Positions 47,039 through 56,238 of a DNA stretch of 64,000 nt are shown piece after piece (within the stretch, counting starts at the first letter, position 1; each line of letters begins with the position of its first letter). The DNA lies in IMG/VR virus record IMGVR_UViG_3300021354_000005, positions 13,561 to 77,560 of that record; one strand, written 5' to 3'. Below the pieces are notes generated by a model. It was not told the origin of the DNA. It searched no databases and saw only the letters and a program-made list of their open reading frames with translations. This DNA is from a virus (taxonomy: Duplodnaviria; Heunggongvirae; Uroviricota; Caudoviricetes). Position numbers and translations under genes: made by a program.

Positions 47039-47281
47039 ATGAAGAAATATATAAACGCTATTCTATTGTTATCATCTGTGGGTGCATTGTTTTATATAAT
47101 ACATGACCAAAGAAAACAATTAGAAATATATCATCTAATGAAAACAGATAGCTTGCAACTTGAGTTGTTTAAAGCTCAGAACGATGTAGGTAGATATGAA
47201 TTAGGATTGGATCATTTAAAAGAAATAGACTCAGTTGACTATAATGAGGTGATGGAATACATAGACCAAGAAACAGAATAA
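47039..47281 (+). CDS. small membrane-anchored protein (80 aa)
   Basis: N-terminal hydrophobic helix AILLLSSVGALFYII. Immediately precedes the polymerase gene. Confidence 0.4.
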   Translation: MKKYINAILLLSSVGALFYIIHDQRKQLEIYHLMKTDSLQLELFKAQNDVGRYELGLDHLKEIDSVDYNEVMEYIDQETE

Positions 47282-47283
47282 TT

Positions 47284-49236
47284 ATGAATGTACTCATCTA
47301 TGATATAGAGACAATGAAAGAGTTGTTTCTTATCTGTATATATAAACCATCTACTGATACTACATATGAATTCAGTGTGAGTAAATGGTCTAATCAATTA
47401 GATGTATTTGCTAGGTTTGCTGAACAGTATGATGAGTATTATTGGGTGGGTTATAACAATTTAAGGTTTGATAGTCAAGTGGTTGAATATATATTACGCA
47501 ACTATCAAAACTGGCATGAGTTGTCTGGATTAGAAATATGTGCACTAATAGCACAAAAAGCTGCAGATACTATTCATGACAGTAATTATGATGTATTCCC
47601 TGAATATAAAGAAGAATGGTTATCATTAAAACAATTAGACTTGTTTAAGATACACCATTTTGATAATAAGAACAGGAGAGTTAGTCTTAAAAGACTAGAG
47701 TTTGAGATGGATCTAGAGAACATTGAAGAGATGCCTATTCATCACAGTAAAGAGAATATGACTCAGGAAGATATAGCTCTAACGAGAGATTATTGTATTA
47801 ATGATATCATGGCTACTTATGAGTTCTATAAGATTACTATTGGTGAAACAGAACATCCATTATATAAAGGAGAGAATAAAATAGAGCTAAGGCAAGATAT
47901 ATATGAAGAGTTTGGCATTCCATGTTTAAACTATTCTGATAGTAAGATAGGTGATGAAATGATTAAGAAGTATTATTGTCAGGAGAAAGGTATATTATAC
48001 AATGATTTACCAAAGAAAGGCTTTTTTAGAAAAGAAATAGCAGTAAAAAATTGTATAGCTGAATATGTTACATTCCAGACACCAGAGCTGCAACAGTTCT
48101 ATAAGCTTGTAAGAAAGCAGAAACTCACAATGGTTGATGATTTTAAAGAATCATTAGAATTCTATGGTAATACATATACATTTGCCAAAGGTGGGTTGCA
48201 TACAGAAAATAAACCTAAAGTATTTGAAGCTGATGATGAAACTAAAATTCTTGATTGGGATGTCTCTAGTTATTATCCTGCTATCATTATTAGCAATGGT
48301 AGATACCCTCAGCACTTGGGTAAGGAATTTCTTCGTGGCTATAAACAAATGTTTGACAAGAGACTAGAGCTCAAGCCATTAGCTAAGAAAGATAAAAAGA
48401 TTAAAGGTATTGTAGGTGCATTAAAGCTAGCTGTCAACTCTGTATATGGTAAGAGTTCTGATATGCAGAACTGGATATATGATAGACAATTAACCATGTT
48501 CACTACTATTACAGGTGAGCTTAGCTTGCTTATGTTAATAGAACAATATGAATTAAATGGTATTAAGGTTATATCAGCTAATACAGATGGAGTGACAATA
48601 CTTGTAAAAAATGCAAGTTTTGATACTATGACTGCTATCAACAAGTGGTGGATGGATATTACTAGTTATGAGCTAGAGCGTACAGACTACCAGAAGATTA
48701 TTTATTCAACAGTTAATGACTATTTAGCAATTAAAACAGATGGAGAAATTAAAAAGAAAGGTGATTTCCTCACGGATTTCGAACTACATAAAAATAAGTC
48801 TGCTCGTATTGTCCCTTTGGCTCTTGAACAGTATTTTGTTCACGATATACCTGTTGCTGACACTATTACCAATCATACTAATATATATGATTTTGCATTA
48901 AGACAAAAAGCTAGTAAAGACTTTCATTATGAAGGCTTAAGCGATGGTAATAGAACAATATATAATAAGCTTATTAGATATTATGTATCTAAAACAGGAG
49001 AGAAACTAATGAAGATTAAAAATCCTGAATGTCAATCTAATGCAGCTGATGCTAGTCAAGTGGAGGCTGGTGAATGGGTAATGACAGTGTGTAATCACTT
49101 GTTACCTGATCATTCATTAGACAATGTAAATCATGCATATTATATAGAGCGTGCTAATCGTATCCTTGAAAAGATACAGTTTGCAGGAAGGAAAAGAAAA
49201 ATTATTGTTAATCCTAATCAAATGACATTATTCTAA
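47284..49236 (+). CDS. family-B DNA polymerase with N-terminal 3'-5' proofreading exonuclease (compact, 650 aa)
   Basis: Exo I at residue 7 (IYDIETM), Exo II (YNNLRFDSQVV), Exo III (YCINDI). Polymerase motif A DWDVSSYYPAIIIS, motif B KLAVNSVYGK, motif C ISANTDGV (NTDG in place of DTDS), KxY region KKKGDF. Confidence 0.8.
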   Translation: MNVLIYDIETMKELFLICIYKPSTDTTYEFSVSKWSNQLDVFARFAEQYDEYYWVGYNNLRFDSQVVEYILRNYQNWHELSGLEICALIAQKAADTIHDSNYDVFPEYKEEWLSLKQLDLFKIHHFDNKNRRVSLKRLEFEMDLENIEEMPIHHSKENMTQEDIALTRDYCINDIMATYEFYKITIGETEHPLYKGENKIELRQDIYEEFGIPCLNYSDSKIGDEMIKKYYCQEKGILYNDLPKKGFFRKEIAVKNCIAEYVTFQTPELQQFYKLVRKQKLTMVDDFKESLEFYGNTYTFAKGGLHTENKPKVFEADDETKILDWDVSSYYPAIIISNGRYPQHLGKEFLRGYKQMFDKRLELKPLAKKDKKIKGIVGALKLAVNSVYGKSSDMQNWIYDRQLTMFTTITGELSLLMLIEQYELNGIKVISANTDGVTILVKNASFDTMTAINKWWMDITSYELERTDYQKIIYSTVNDYLAIKTDGEIKKKGDFLTDFELHKNKSARIVPLALEQYFVHDIPVADTITNHTNIYDFALRQKASKDFHYEGLSDGNRTIYNKLIRYYVSKTGEKLMKIKNPECQSNAADASQVEAGEWVMTVCNHLLPDHSLDNVNHAYYIERANRILEKIQFAGRKRKIIVNPNQMTLF

Positions 49237-49412
49237 TGGGTAAATCACAATTTAAAATAGCAGCAGATCTAGTAATAGATGATTGCATAGCTAATGGACA
49301 TAGATATCCAACAGCATCAGATTACTATTGGGCTTATAAGAAGTTCTTTGAAGCTATTGATAGTAAGTTTGATATAGACAAATTTAATGATTATATAATT
49401 AAAAGAATCTAA
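49236..49412 (+). CDS. micro-ORF (58 aa) translationally coupled to the polymerase gene
   Basis: Not in track. ATG overlaps the polymerase stop (TAATG). MGKSQFKIAADLVIDDCIANGHRYPTASDYYWAYKKFFEAI... Confidence 0.35.
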   Translation: MGKSQFKIAADLVIDDCIANGHRYPTASDYYWAYKKFFEAIDSKFDIDKFNDYIIKRI

Positions 49413-49591
49413 TGGATAATAAGAAAAAAGCAGCAGAATTAGTAATGGCTTTCCTACCAATTGTAGGACAAGATCCATATACAGGTATAACAACAGCTAA
49501 AGAATGTGCTAAAGTGAGTGTAACTTTATTAAAGGAAACACAAACAGATATAAACTGGGAAGAAGTAGTTCAACATATAGATACATTCTAA
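49412..49591 (+). CDS. micro-ORF (59 aa)
   Basis: Not in track. TAATG overlap at both ends. MDNKKKAAELVMAFLPIVGQDPYTGITTAKECAKVSV... Confidence 0.35.
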   Translation: MDNKKKAAELVMAFLPIVGQDPYTGITTAKECAKVSVTLLKETQTDINWEEVVQHIDTF

Positions 49592-49857
49592 TGGCAAAGA
49601 TAAATAGATTAAATATAGCTGAGCATTTACTTGATTATCAATTAGGAATGGTTGGTAAATCTATGCAAGAAGCACATATGACAAAAGAGTGGTATAATAA
49701 ATGGACACTCACTGATGAACAACATATAGAATTTGAGAAATACGCTATTCCTCTTCTTAAAAAAGTATTTAAATTTAACACCAATAAGGCTAAAGAAACA
49801 TTTCAATGGTTTGATTTGCAATTTGGCCTTAGAATAAAAAACGAAACACATGGATAA
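49591..49857 (+). CDS. hypothetical protein (88 aa)
   Basis: ORF. Start is TAATG-coupled to the preceding micro-ORF. Confidence 0.45.
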   Translation: MAKINRLNIAEHLLDYQLGMVGKSMQEAHMTKEWYNKWTLTDEQHIEFEKYAIPLLKKVFKFNTNKAKETFQWFDLQFGLRIKNETHG

Positions 49858-50449
49858 TTCATTCTTGGCAGATCAAAGAAACAATGTTGATCATTTTAAT
49901 TATTACTATTTCAATAATGTATTTAGTAAAGAAGAGTTAGAACAGATACACAAATTTGGAAAAGCTTCAGATATACAACCTGCTTCAATTTTAGCAGACA
50001 CTGATGCTAGTAATCCATCAACAGATTTTAGAAAGAGTAAAGTGGGTTGGATTTTTGGAACATCTGAAAATAACTGGTTATATGATAAAATTTCAGGACT
50101 AGTTAAAACAGCTAACAAAAATACTAATTGGAACTTTGATATATGGGGATATGCTGATGCTTTACAATATACAATATATCATGGAGATGGTGGTCATTAC
50201 AATTGGCATGTTGATATGGGTGCAGGTGCATCTAATAGAAAGATGTCTGTTGTACTACAACTTTCTGATCCTTCTGAATATGAAGGAGGAGAATTGCAAA
50301 TAGACAAAGGTGGTAACATTGTATCAATACCAAGAGAATTAGGATTAATATGTATGTTTCCATCATTTTTATTACACAGAGTAACTCCTGTTACATCAGG
50401 AAAAAGAGTAAGTTTAGTAACATGGATGAGCGGAGCAAATTTTAGATAA
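49850..50449 (+). CDS. 2-oxoglutarate/Fe(II)-dependent oxygenase (prolyl-4-hydroxylase-like)
   Basis: HxD at WHVDMG, distal His in LLHRVTPV, and RxS 2OG-binding motif RVSLVTW. The GGELQI..GG beta-strand pattern matches the double-stranded beta-helix core. Confidence 0.65.
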   Translation: MDNSFLADQRNNVDHFNYYYFNNVFSKEELEQIHKFGKASDIQPASILADTDASNPSTDFRKSKVGWIFGTSENNWLYDKISGLVKTANKNTNWNFDIWGYADALQYTIYHGDGGHYNWHVDMGAGASNRKMSVVLQLSDPSEYEGGELQIDKGGNIVSIPRELGLICMFPSFLLHRVTPVTSGKRVSLVTWMSGANFR

Positions 50450-50470
50450 CATATGAAAAATAATAACAAT

Positions 50471-50500
50471 AAAGCCCTTGGAGAAAGGGCTTTTATATTT
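50471..50500 (+). terminator. rho-independent terminator
   Basis: AAAGCCCT-TGGAGAA-AGGGCTTT followed by TATATTT. Confidence 0.65.
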
Positions 50501-50577
50501 GTAGCAATTATTAGTATAATATTAACAATATTTGTTAGTATTATGCATGAGATTTATTTATATTTAAACAAATAATT

Positions 50578-51135
50578 ATGGGAGCATGTCAATTTAAAGA
50601 AAGAGGCACTGGTAAAACAGCATCAGAAGTATATAGAAAACTTTGTGAAATAGCTGAAGATGAATATGGTCATCAAGAAGGATACAATGGTACAATTAGT
50701 ACCACTGCTGGATTCAGAGATGAAACAGAAGCATATAATAAAAGTAAATTTGATGATGTATATGCTTATATACGTAATAGATTTGAGAGCATGAACAAAC
50801 GTGATTGTTCAGCTATATGCGTTGTACAGCCTGTAGGTAATAAGAACAAGACTAAGTCACAAGTGGAACATGTAGTTACACCTGGTACCAAGCAATGGGT
50901 TCTTAAATATGAGGTGGAGAACTTCTATGAAGATAGAGTGATAGCTTCATGTGTAACCAAGGGTGATGCTGTTAAAATGGCTAGAGCATATACAGAGAAA
51001 ACACAAAGCTCTACAAAGATTATAATGCGTAAGGTTTTAATCAAATCTGATCCTACAGTAGCTAAGATAACATATAAGAAGTCTACAACTGAAAGAGATG
51101 GTGAGTGGATATTCTTTGGTTATGCAGCAGAATAA
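50578..51135 (+). CDS. hypothetical protein (185 aa)
   Basis: ORF. No motif recognised. Confidence 0.45.
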   Translation: MGACQFKERGTGKTASEVYRKLCEIAEDEYGHQEGYNGTISTTAGFRDETEAYNKSKFDDVYAYIRNRFESMNKRDCSAICVVQPVGNKNKTKSQVEHVVTPGTKQWVLKYEVENFYEDRVIASCVTKGDAVKMARAYTEKTQSSTKIIMRKVLIKSDPTVAKITYKKSTTERDGEWIFFGYAAE

Positions 51136-51147
51136 AACAAATAACTT

Positions 51148-51324
51148 ATGACAAATCAAGATTTAATGGACATGATGACCAAATCAATAACAAGATTTGA
51201 GGTTATAGACCACACTTCCAAACAAGGAGGTAGAATAGTAGTTGAATATAATGTTAAAGTTGAATTGTCACTACAAGATGATTGTAAAACTTTAAAAGTA
51301 TTCTTAACAGATCAAAAGAAATAA
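51148..51324 (+). CDS. micro-ORF (58 aa)
   Basis: Not in track. MTNQDLMDMMTKSITRFEVIDHTSKQGGRIVVEYNVKVELSLQDDCKTLKVFLTDQKK. Preceded by the AAATAACTTATG start context. Confidence 0.3.
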   Translation: MTNQDLMDMMTKSITRFEVIDHTSKQGGRIVVEYNVKVELSLQDDCKTLKVFLTDQKK

Positions 51325-51327
51325 CCT

Positions 51328-51594
51328 ATGATAGGTAGTAAATTTCCTTATTTTAAACAAAAACAAAAAATCATGCCAGACATTTCAATGTGTAAAGGTG
51401 GATATTGTCTATTGAAGACAATGTGCCACAGATGTACAGCTACAGCTGAACCACTAGGTCAATCATTTTTCTCCGAACCTCCATATAAACTTACAATAGC
51501 ATCAGAGGCACAAGGTGCTGGTACAGTTGTATTGACATGTGATTATTTCTGGAGTAATAAAGAATATAAAGATGAAAGACCTACAAATAATTGA
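51328..51594 (+). CDS. hypothetical Cys-containing protein (88 aa)
   Basis: ORF. CKGGYC..CHRC cluster. Confidence 0.4.
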   Translation: MIGSKFPYFKQKQKIMPDISMCKGGYCLLKTMCHRCTATAEPLGQSFFSEPPYKLTIASEAQGAGTVVLTCDYFWSNKEYKDERPTNN

Positions 51595-51760
51595 GGATTG
51601 GGAGAGAGAATCTTTAAAAGATTTCATATATTTGTGTGAAGAACAGTTTCTATTAGAGCAGGAGTTTCAAAGAAGTATAAGAAAGCCTGCAGAAATAATA
51701 GTAATAGATATAGACAACGTATTAAATAAGACACATGAACATAACACCCTACCATTTTGA
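51572..51760 (+). CDS. hypothetical small protein (start uncertain; track gives 51539)
   Basis: ORF overlapping the previous gene in another frame. The internal Met (MKDLQIIEDWER) minimises the overlap. Confidence 0.3.
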   Translation: MKDLQIIEDWERESLKDFIYLCEEQFLLEQEFQRSIRKPAEIIVIDIDNVLNKTHEHNTLPF

Positions 51761-52355
51761 GGAGATCTTAAAGGCTGGCTATTCTTTAGATATAATATAC
51801 TTTCTAAAGATAGCTAACGAAGGCTATGATATTGAAAAGCTATGCGATGATCCAAAGCTACGTGTTCTATGTCAGACAGTTAGAAGAAAAGGTTTACTAT
51901 CAGAAAACTTTAAAATTACTGTTATTGGTAAATCTGTATTAGGATTTCTAGATGAGAAAGGTACACCAGAAATGAAATTAGTTAAGAAGAAACAAGTTTC
52001 TAACGATTTTGATGATTGGTGGAAAGCTTATCCAGGCACTGATACATTTACACATAAAGGTAAAGAGTTCTCAGGTACTAGAAGCTTAAGAGCTAAGAAG
52101 GACGATTGTAAAGCTAAACTAAATAGTATTCTTGCTGAAGGAGAATATACAATAGCTGAACTAATTGCTGCTATTCAATATGAGGTGTTACAGAAGAAAG
52201 AGAACTCTGTTAAAACTAAAACTAACAAACTTAGTTATATGCAGAACTCCTTAACTTATTTAAATCAAAGAACATTTGAGCCATTCATTGAATTAATTAG
52301 AGAAGGTAAGATTGTTAAAGAAGAAACACAAGTAGAAGGAGGTACTGACATATAA
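51735..52355 (+). CDS. hypothetical protein (206 aa)
   Basis: ORF. Confidence 0.45.
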   Translation: MNITPYHFEEILKAGYSLDIIYFLKIANEGYDIEKLCDDPKLRVLCQTVRRKGLLSENFKITVIGKSVLGFLDEKGTPEMKLVKKKQVSNDFDDWWKAYPGTDTFTHKGKEFSGTRSLRAKKDDCKAKLNSILAEGEYTIAELIAAIQYEVLQKKENSVKTKTNKLSYMQNSLTYLNQRTFEPFIELIREGKIVKEETQVEGGTDI

Positions 52356-52576
52356 TGACACCGAAAGAAAAAGCAGAAGAATTATATACACATATATTTG
52401 AATGCGTTATAAATCCAGAATTAACGGTATTGGAAATGGAAGCAATGGCTATACATTGTGCATTAATAGCAGTAGATGAGATATTGAATGAATTTCCACA
52501 GGGATTTAAAGGAAATTTTGAAGAAAGGCGAAAGCAATATTGGCAAGAAGTTAAAAAAGAAATAGAAGCATTATGA
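52355..52576 (+). CDS. hypothetical small protein (73 aa)
   Basis: ORF. ATGA overlaps at both ends. Confidence 0.4.
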   Translation: MTPKEKAEELYTHIFECVINPELTVLEMEAMAIHCALIAVDEILNEFPQGFKGNFEERRKQYWQEVKKEIEAL

Positions 52577-53634
52577 GTTTTGAAGACTTAAAACGAGAAG
52601 TGCAAGCAGGTCTTGATGGTAGAAATAACGGTATACCAATGGGATTCAATAGACTAAACAAATATATAGGCATTAGAAAGTCTATGTATACATTAGTTGG
52701 TGGTCTCACTGGATCTGGTAAAACTAGCTTCATTGATGATGCATATGTACTGAATCCATTTGATTGGTATATAAGTAAGGCTAACACAACAAATATAAAG
52801 CTTACTATCATCTACAGATCTATGGAGAGAAGCAAAACATATAAGCTTGCTAAATGGGTGAGTAGAAAGATATTCTTAGACCAGGGTATAATCATTCCTG
52901 TTAACAAACTGTTGGGTTGGACTGAAAAGATGACCAAAGATGAACATGATTTGTTTCTAATGTATGAAGATTACATGGGAAGTATGAAAGAAGTGATGAC
53001 AATCATTGATGGTCCAGAGAACCCAGTGGGTATTGCTAAGGAACTGAAAGACCATGCTTTAAAGAATGGTAGAATAGAACAAGTGGACCAATACAATAAG
53101 GTTTATATTCCCAATAATGAGAATGAAATAACTATTGTTGTATTAGATCATATTGGCCTATTAAAGACTACAACAGCTCAGCCCAATAAGAAATCAGCTA
53201 TCGATAAGATGAGTGATGAGCTCAGATATGCTAGAGATATGTATGGGTATACACCTGTAGTTGTGAGTCAATTCAACCGTGATATATCTAATCCAATTAG
53301 ACAAAAGAATGGTGATGTTGAGCCACAGTTAGAGGATTTTGCTGAGAGTTCACAGACTCAGAATGATGCTGATGTAGTGTTAGGATTATTTGATCCTATG
53401 AGATATAAAATTAGTGACCCTAATTATAACTTAACTAAATTAAAGGACCAATATGGTGCTAAGTACTATAGATCCTTGAGACTAATTAAGAATAGTTATG
53501 GTGAAGATGATATAAGAGTTGGTTTAGGCTTCTTAGGTCAGATAGGTATGTTCAAGGAACTTCCTAGAAAAGATAAAATTACAGATGCTGACTATGAAGC
53601 AATTATTAATAAGACGTATTTCCTAAATAAATAA
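52573..53634 (+). CDS. replicative DNA helicase, DnaB/T7-gp4 C-terminal RecA-like domain only
   Basis: Walker A LVGGLTGSGKTSF. Walker B/H2 IVVLDHIGLL. H3 VVVSQFNRD (DnaB SQLNR). H4 SQTQNDADVVLGLF (DnaB QDAD). Confidence 0.7.
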   Translation: MSFEDLKREVQAGLDGRNNGIPMGFNRLNKYIGIRKSMYTLVGGLTGSGKTSFIDDAYVLNPFDWYISKANTTNIKLTIIYRSMERSKTYKLAKWVSRKIFLDQGIIIPVNKLLGWTEKMTKDEHDLFLMYEDYMGSMKEVMTIIDGPENPVGIAKELKDHALKNGRIEQVDQYNKVYIPNNENEITIVVLDHIGLLKTTTAQPNKKSAIDKMSDELRYARDMYGYTPVVVSQFNRDISNPIRQKNGDVEPQLEDFAESSQTQNDADVVLGLFDPMRYKISDPNYNLTKLKDQYGAKYYRSLRLIKNSYGEDDIRVGLGFLGQIGMFKELPRKDKITDADYEAIINKTYFLNK

Positions 53635-53635
53635 A

Positions 53636-53842
53636 ATGAATATAACAACAAAAGTTTACACCACTTTTCCAAATGAGAAAAGTCATTGGTGGCAAGTGGT
53701 ATTATTACCCACGGTCAGTTTGATGAATAACATCCAAAAGTTTGATCCATATGTAGCCATCAATTTTGAATGGTTATTTTGGTCATTCACAACTATAATA
53801 AGCTATGGCAAAAAACAAGCCCATCCTTACACTACGAGATAA
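53636..53842 (+). CDS. hypothetical small protein (68 aa)
   Basis: ORF filling the gap between the two helicase genes. Its 3' end overlaps the next start. Confidence 0.3.
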   Translation: MNITTKVYTTFPNEKSHWWQVVLLPTVSLMNNIQKFDPYVAINFEWLFWSFTTIISYGKKQAHPYTTR

Positions 53843-54899
53843 GAGACAACAAGAGTTTGCTCAAATATTCTTAGACCATGGAGAATTTGGTATCCTTAAT
53901 CTATGCCCTAGATTTGGTAAAATATTTACGTCCATTAATATATTAGAAAAACTGGACAAAGATATCAATATTCTAATAGCCTATCCTGATTTAAAGATTA
54001 AGGCTGCTTGGGAAGAGGATTTTAAGAAAAGGAAGTATAAGAATCAGAACATCACTTATACCACTCACTTATCTCTTAAAAAGCATACAGCTGGCTTCTA
54101 TGACCTTGTAATACTAGATGAGATACATTTACTCTCTGAAGCACAAATAGAGGCTGTAAAGGAGCTACAATGCGTCAGTGTGCTTGGTTTAACAGGTACC
54201 CTATCTAGCTGGACAGAGAAAACACTTAATAGTGAGCTTCAGTTGTCAGTGTTAGCTAGATATCCTATTGAGCAAGCTATTGATGAGGGTGTTATTACAG
54301 ACTATGAAATCACTGTGGTTAGCACAGCTCTTGATAATACAAGACTAAATGACTACAAAGGTAAACATAGAACAGAAAAGAAGCAGTTTGATAGCTATGG
54401 GTGGGTGATTGATCAACTAGAGAGACAGAATAAACCAACTATGTTCCTCAGGTTAGCTAGAATGAGAATCATTCAAAATAGTATAGCCAAGATGGAACTC
54501 ACTAGAAGGTTATTAGCTAAACATAAAGATGAACGAGTGTTAGTATTCTGTGGACTCACAAAAATAGCTGATGATTTAGGTATTCCTGTCTATCATAGTA
54601 AAGCAGGTGAGAAGGATACATTTGAAGCATTTGCTAATGGTGAGGGTAATCATCTAGCTGTTGTTAAAATAGGCAACACTGGTGTTACATACAAACCACT
54701 CAACCGTGTGATAATCAATTACTTTGATAGCAATGGTGAGAATCTAGCACAAAAGATTAACAGATGTATGGCTATGGAATACAACACACCAGATAAAAAG
54801 GCACACATATACATTGTGTCATCTACTGAAGAAGTAGAAAAGAAATGGCTTAAGAGTGCTCTTGAGTTTTTTGATAAAGATAAAATAAAATACATATGA
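53805..54899 (+). CDS. SF2-type helicase/ATPase (DEAH-like)
   Basis: Motif I-like CPRFGKIF, motif II VILDEIHLL, motif III GLTGTL. Confidence 0.5.
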   Translation: MAKNKPILTLRDKRQQEFAQIFLDHGEFGILNLCPRFGKIFTSINILEKLDKDINILIAYPDLKIKAAWEEDFKKRKYKNQNITYTTHLSLKKHTAGFYDLVILDEIHLLSEAQIEAVKELQCVSVLGLTGTLSSWTEKTLNSELQLSVLARYPIEQAIDEGVITDYEITVVSTALDNTRLNDYKGKHRTEKKQFDSYGWVIDQLERQNKPTMFLRLARMRIIQNSIAKMELTRRLLAKHKDERVLVFCGLTKIADDLGIPVYHSKAGEKDTFEAFANGEGNHLAVVKIGNTGVTYKPLNRVIINYFDSNGENLAQKINRCMAMEYNTPDKKAHIYIVSSTEEVEKKWLKSALEFFDKDKIKYI

Positions 54900-55309
54900 T
54901 AGTTAATCTAGATAAAGAAGAACTTATTATAAAAGCTTTAGGTATTTCAGTTTTGGTTAAAAAAGAGGAAAAACTTATGACTATTGAGATAAAACAAGAA
55001 GGTTTTAAAGATCCTGTTAAAACAATAATTGTACCTGCCTCAATAAAAGGAGCAACTAAAGAAAATATAATAAATATATTAAAAACTCCACTAGAAGATT
55101 TAAATCTTTCAGTACGTTCATATAACTGTATAAAAGCTGCTAGAATTAATACATTAGTAGAATTAGTTAACTATACTGATACAGATTTAATGCGTTTTAG
55201 AAACTTTGGTCAAAAATCCATAGGTGAAATTCAAAATGAATTAGCAACAAGAGGGTTAACTCTTGGCATGAATACAGATGAAATATTTAAATACAATCTA
55301 ACATTTTAA
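54896..55309 (+). CDS. protein with an RNA polymerase alpha-subunit C-terminal domain (alphaCTD)
   Basis: DLNLSVRSYNCIKAARINTLVELVNYTDTDLMRFRNFGQKSIGEIQNELATRGLTLGM aligns near-collinearly with E. coli RpoA 255-320 (DLELTVRSANCLKAE...[22 protein letters not shown]). Confidence 0.7.
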   Translation: MIVNLDKEELIIKALGISVLVKKEEKLMTIEIKQEGFKDPVKTIIVPASIKGATKENIINILKTPLEDLNLSVRSYNCIKAARINTLVELVNYTDTDLMRFRNFGQKSIGEIQNELATRGLTLGMNTDEIFKYNLTF

Positions 55310-55322
55310 AAATCAGTTACAT

Positions 55323-55535
55323 ATGAAAATAGAATTAGTAGAAGAAATCAACCCAGGCACTGGTACAATGTATGCAGTGGCAAAAGATGGTAGTGGTGTT
55401 AAATGGTTTGCTACAAAAGAATTTGCAGAAGCTTACTACAATGAGGTTTTAGCCAATCCAGACATATTAAAACCTAGAAGAAATATTTTGAAATCCGAAG
55501 AGATTGATGTACCTTTGGAGGAACAAAACAATTAA
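55323..55535 (+). CDS. hypothetical small protein (70 aa)
   Basis: ORF. Confidence 0.4.
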   Translation: MKIELVEEINPGTGTMYAVAKDGSGVKWFATKEFAEAYYNEVLANPDILKPRRNILKSEEIDVPLEEQNN

Positions 55536-55539
55536 AACT

Positions 55540-56211
55540 ATGGCAAGTAAACTCATTGGTATTGTTGGTCCTACAGGGACTGGCAAATCAACATCAATCA
55601 AACATTTAGATCCCAAAGAAACTTACATCATTAATGTAGCTAAGAAAGAGCTTCCATTTAAAGGAGCAGAAAAGCTATATAATGCTGAGAATAAGAATTA
55701 CAAGGAAATAGATGATGCAATTGAAGTGACTAGATTATTAAAGAACATTTCTGAGAAAGCACCTCACATTAAGAACATCATTATTGAAGATTCCAATTAT
55801 ATAATGGGATTCAATATTGTTTCTAAAGCTGACCAAGTTGGATTCACTAAGTTTAGCTTAATGGCTAAAGATATTGTGGAACTATTTAGAGAAGCTAGAA
55901 AATTGAGAGATGACTTAAAAGTGTTCTATTTCTCACATCCTGAAACTATTGAAGATAGTGGAGAGATTATAGGATATAAAATCAAGACAGCAGGTAAGTT
56001 AATTGACAATCAAATTGTATTAGAAGGCTTATTTACTATTTGCTTATATACAAATGTTGATGAAGCAAAAGATGGTTCTGCTACCTATGGTTTTGTAACT
56101 AATAGATATAAGAAGTATCCAGCTAAGAGTCCAGATGGAATGTTTGCAGATATAAAGATTCCAAATAACTTACAATTGGTGGTAGATACAATAGATGAGT
56201 ATTATAAATAA
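55540..56211 (+). CDS. P-loop ATPase (AAA_24/Sak4-like RecA-fold candidate)
   Basis: N-terminal Walker A IGIVGPTGTGKSTS immediately after the Met (track start 55504, trimmed to MASKLIG). Hydrophobic strand followed by IIIEDSNY (Walker B-like). ~224 aa. Confidence 0.5.
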   Translation: MASKLIGIVGPTGTGKSTSIKHLDPKETYIINVAKKELPFKGAEKLYNAENKNYKEIDDAIEVTRLLKNISEKAPHIKNIIIEDSNYIMGFNIVSKADQVGFTKFSLMAKDIVELFREARKLRDDLKVFYFSHPETIEDSGEIIGYKIKTAGKLIDNQIVLEGLFTICLYTNVDEAKDGSATYGFVTNRYKKYPAKSPDGMFADIKIPNNLQLVVDTIDEYYK

Positions 56212-56238
56212 ATCACATAAAATCAAAACTTAGAAAAC

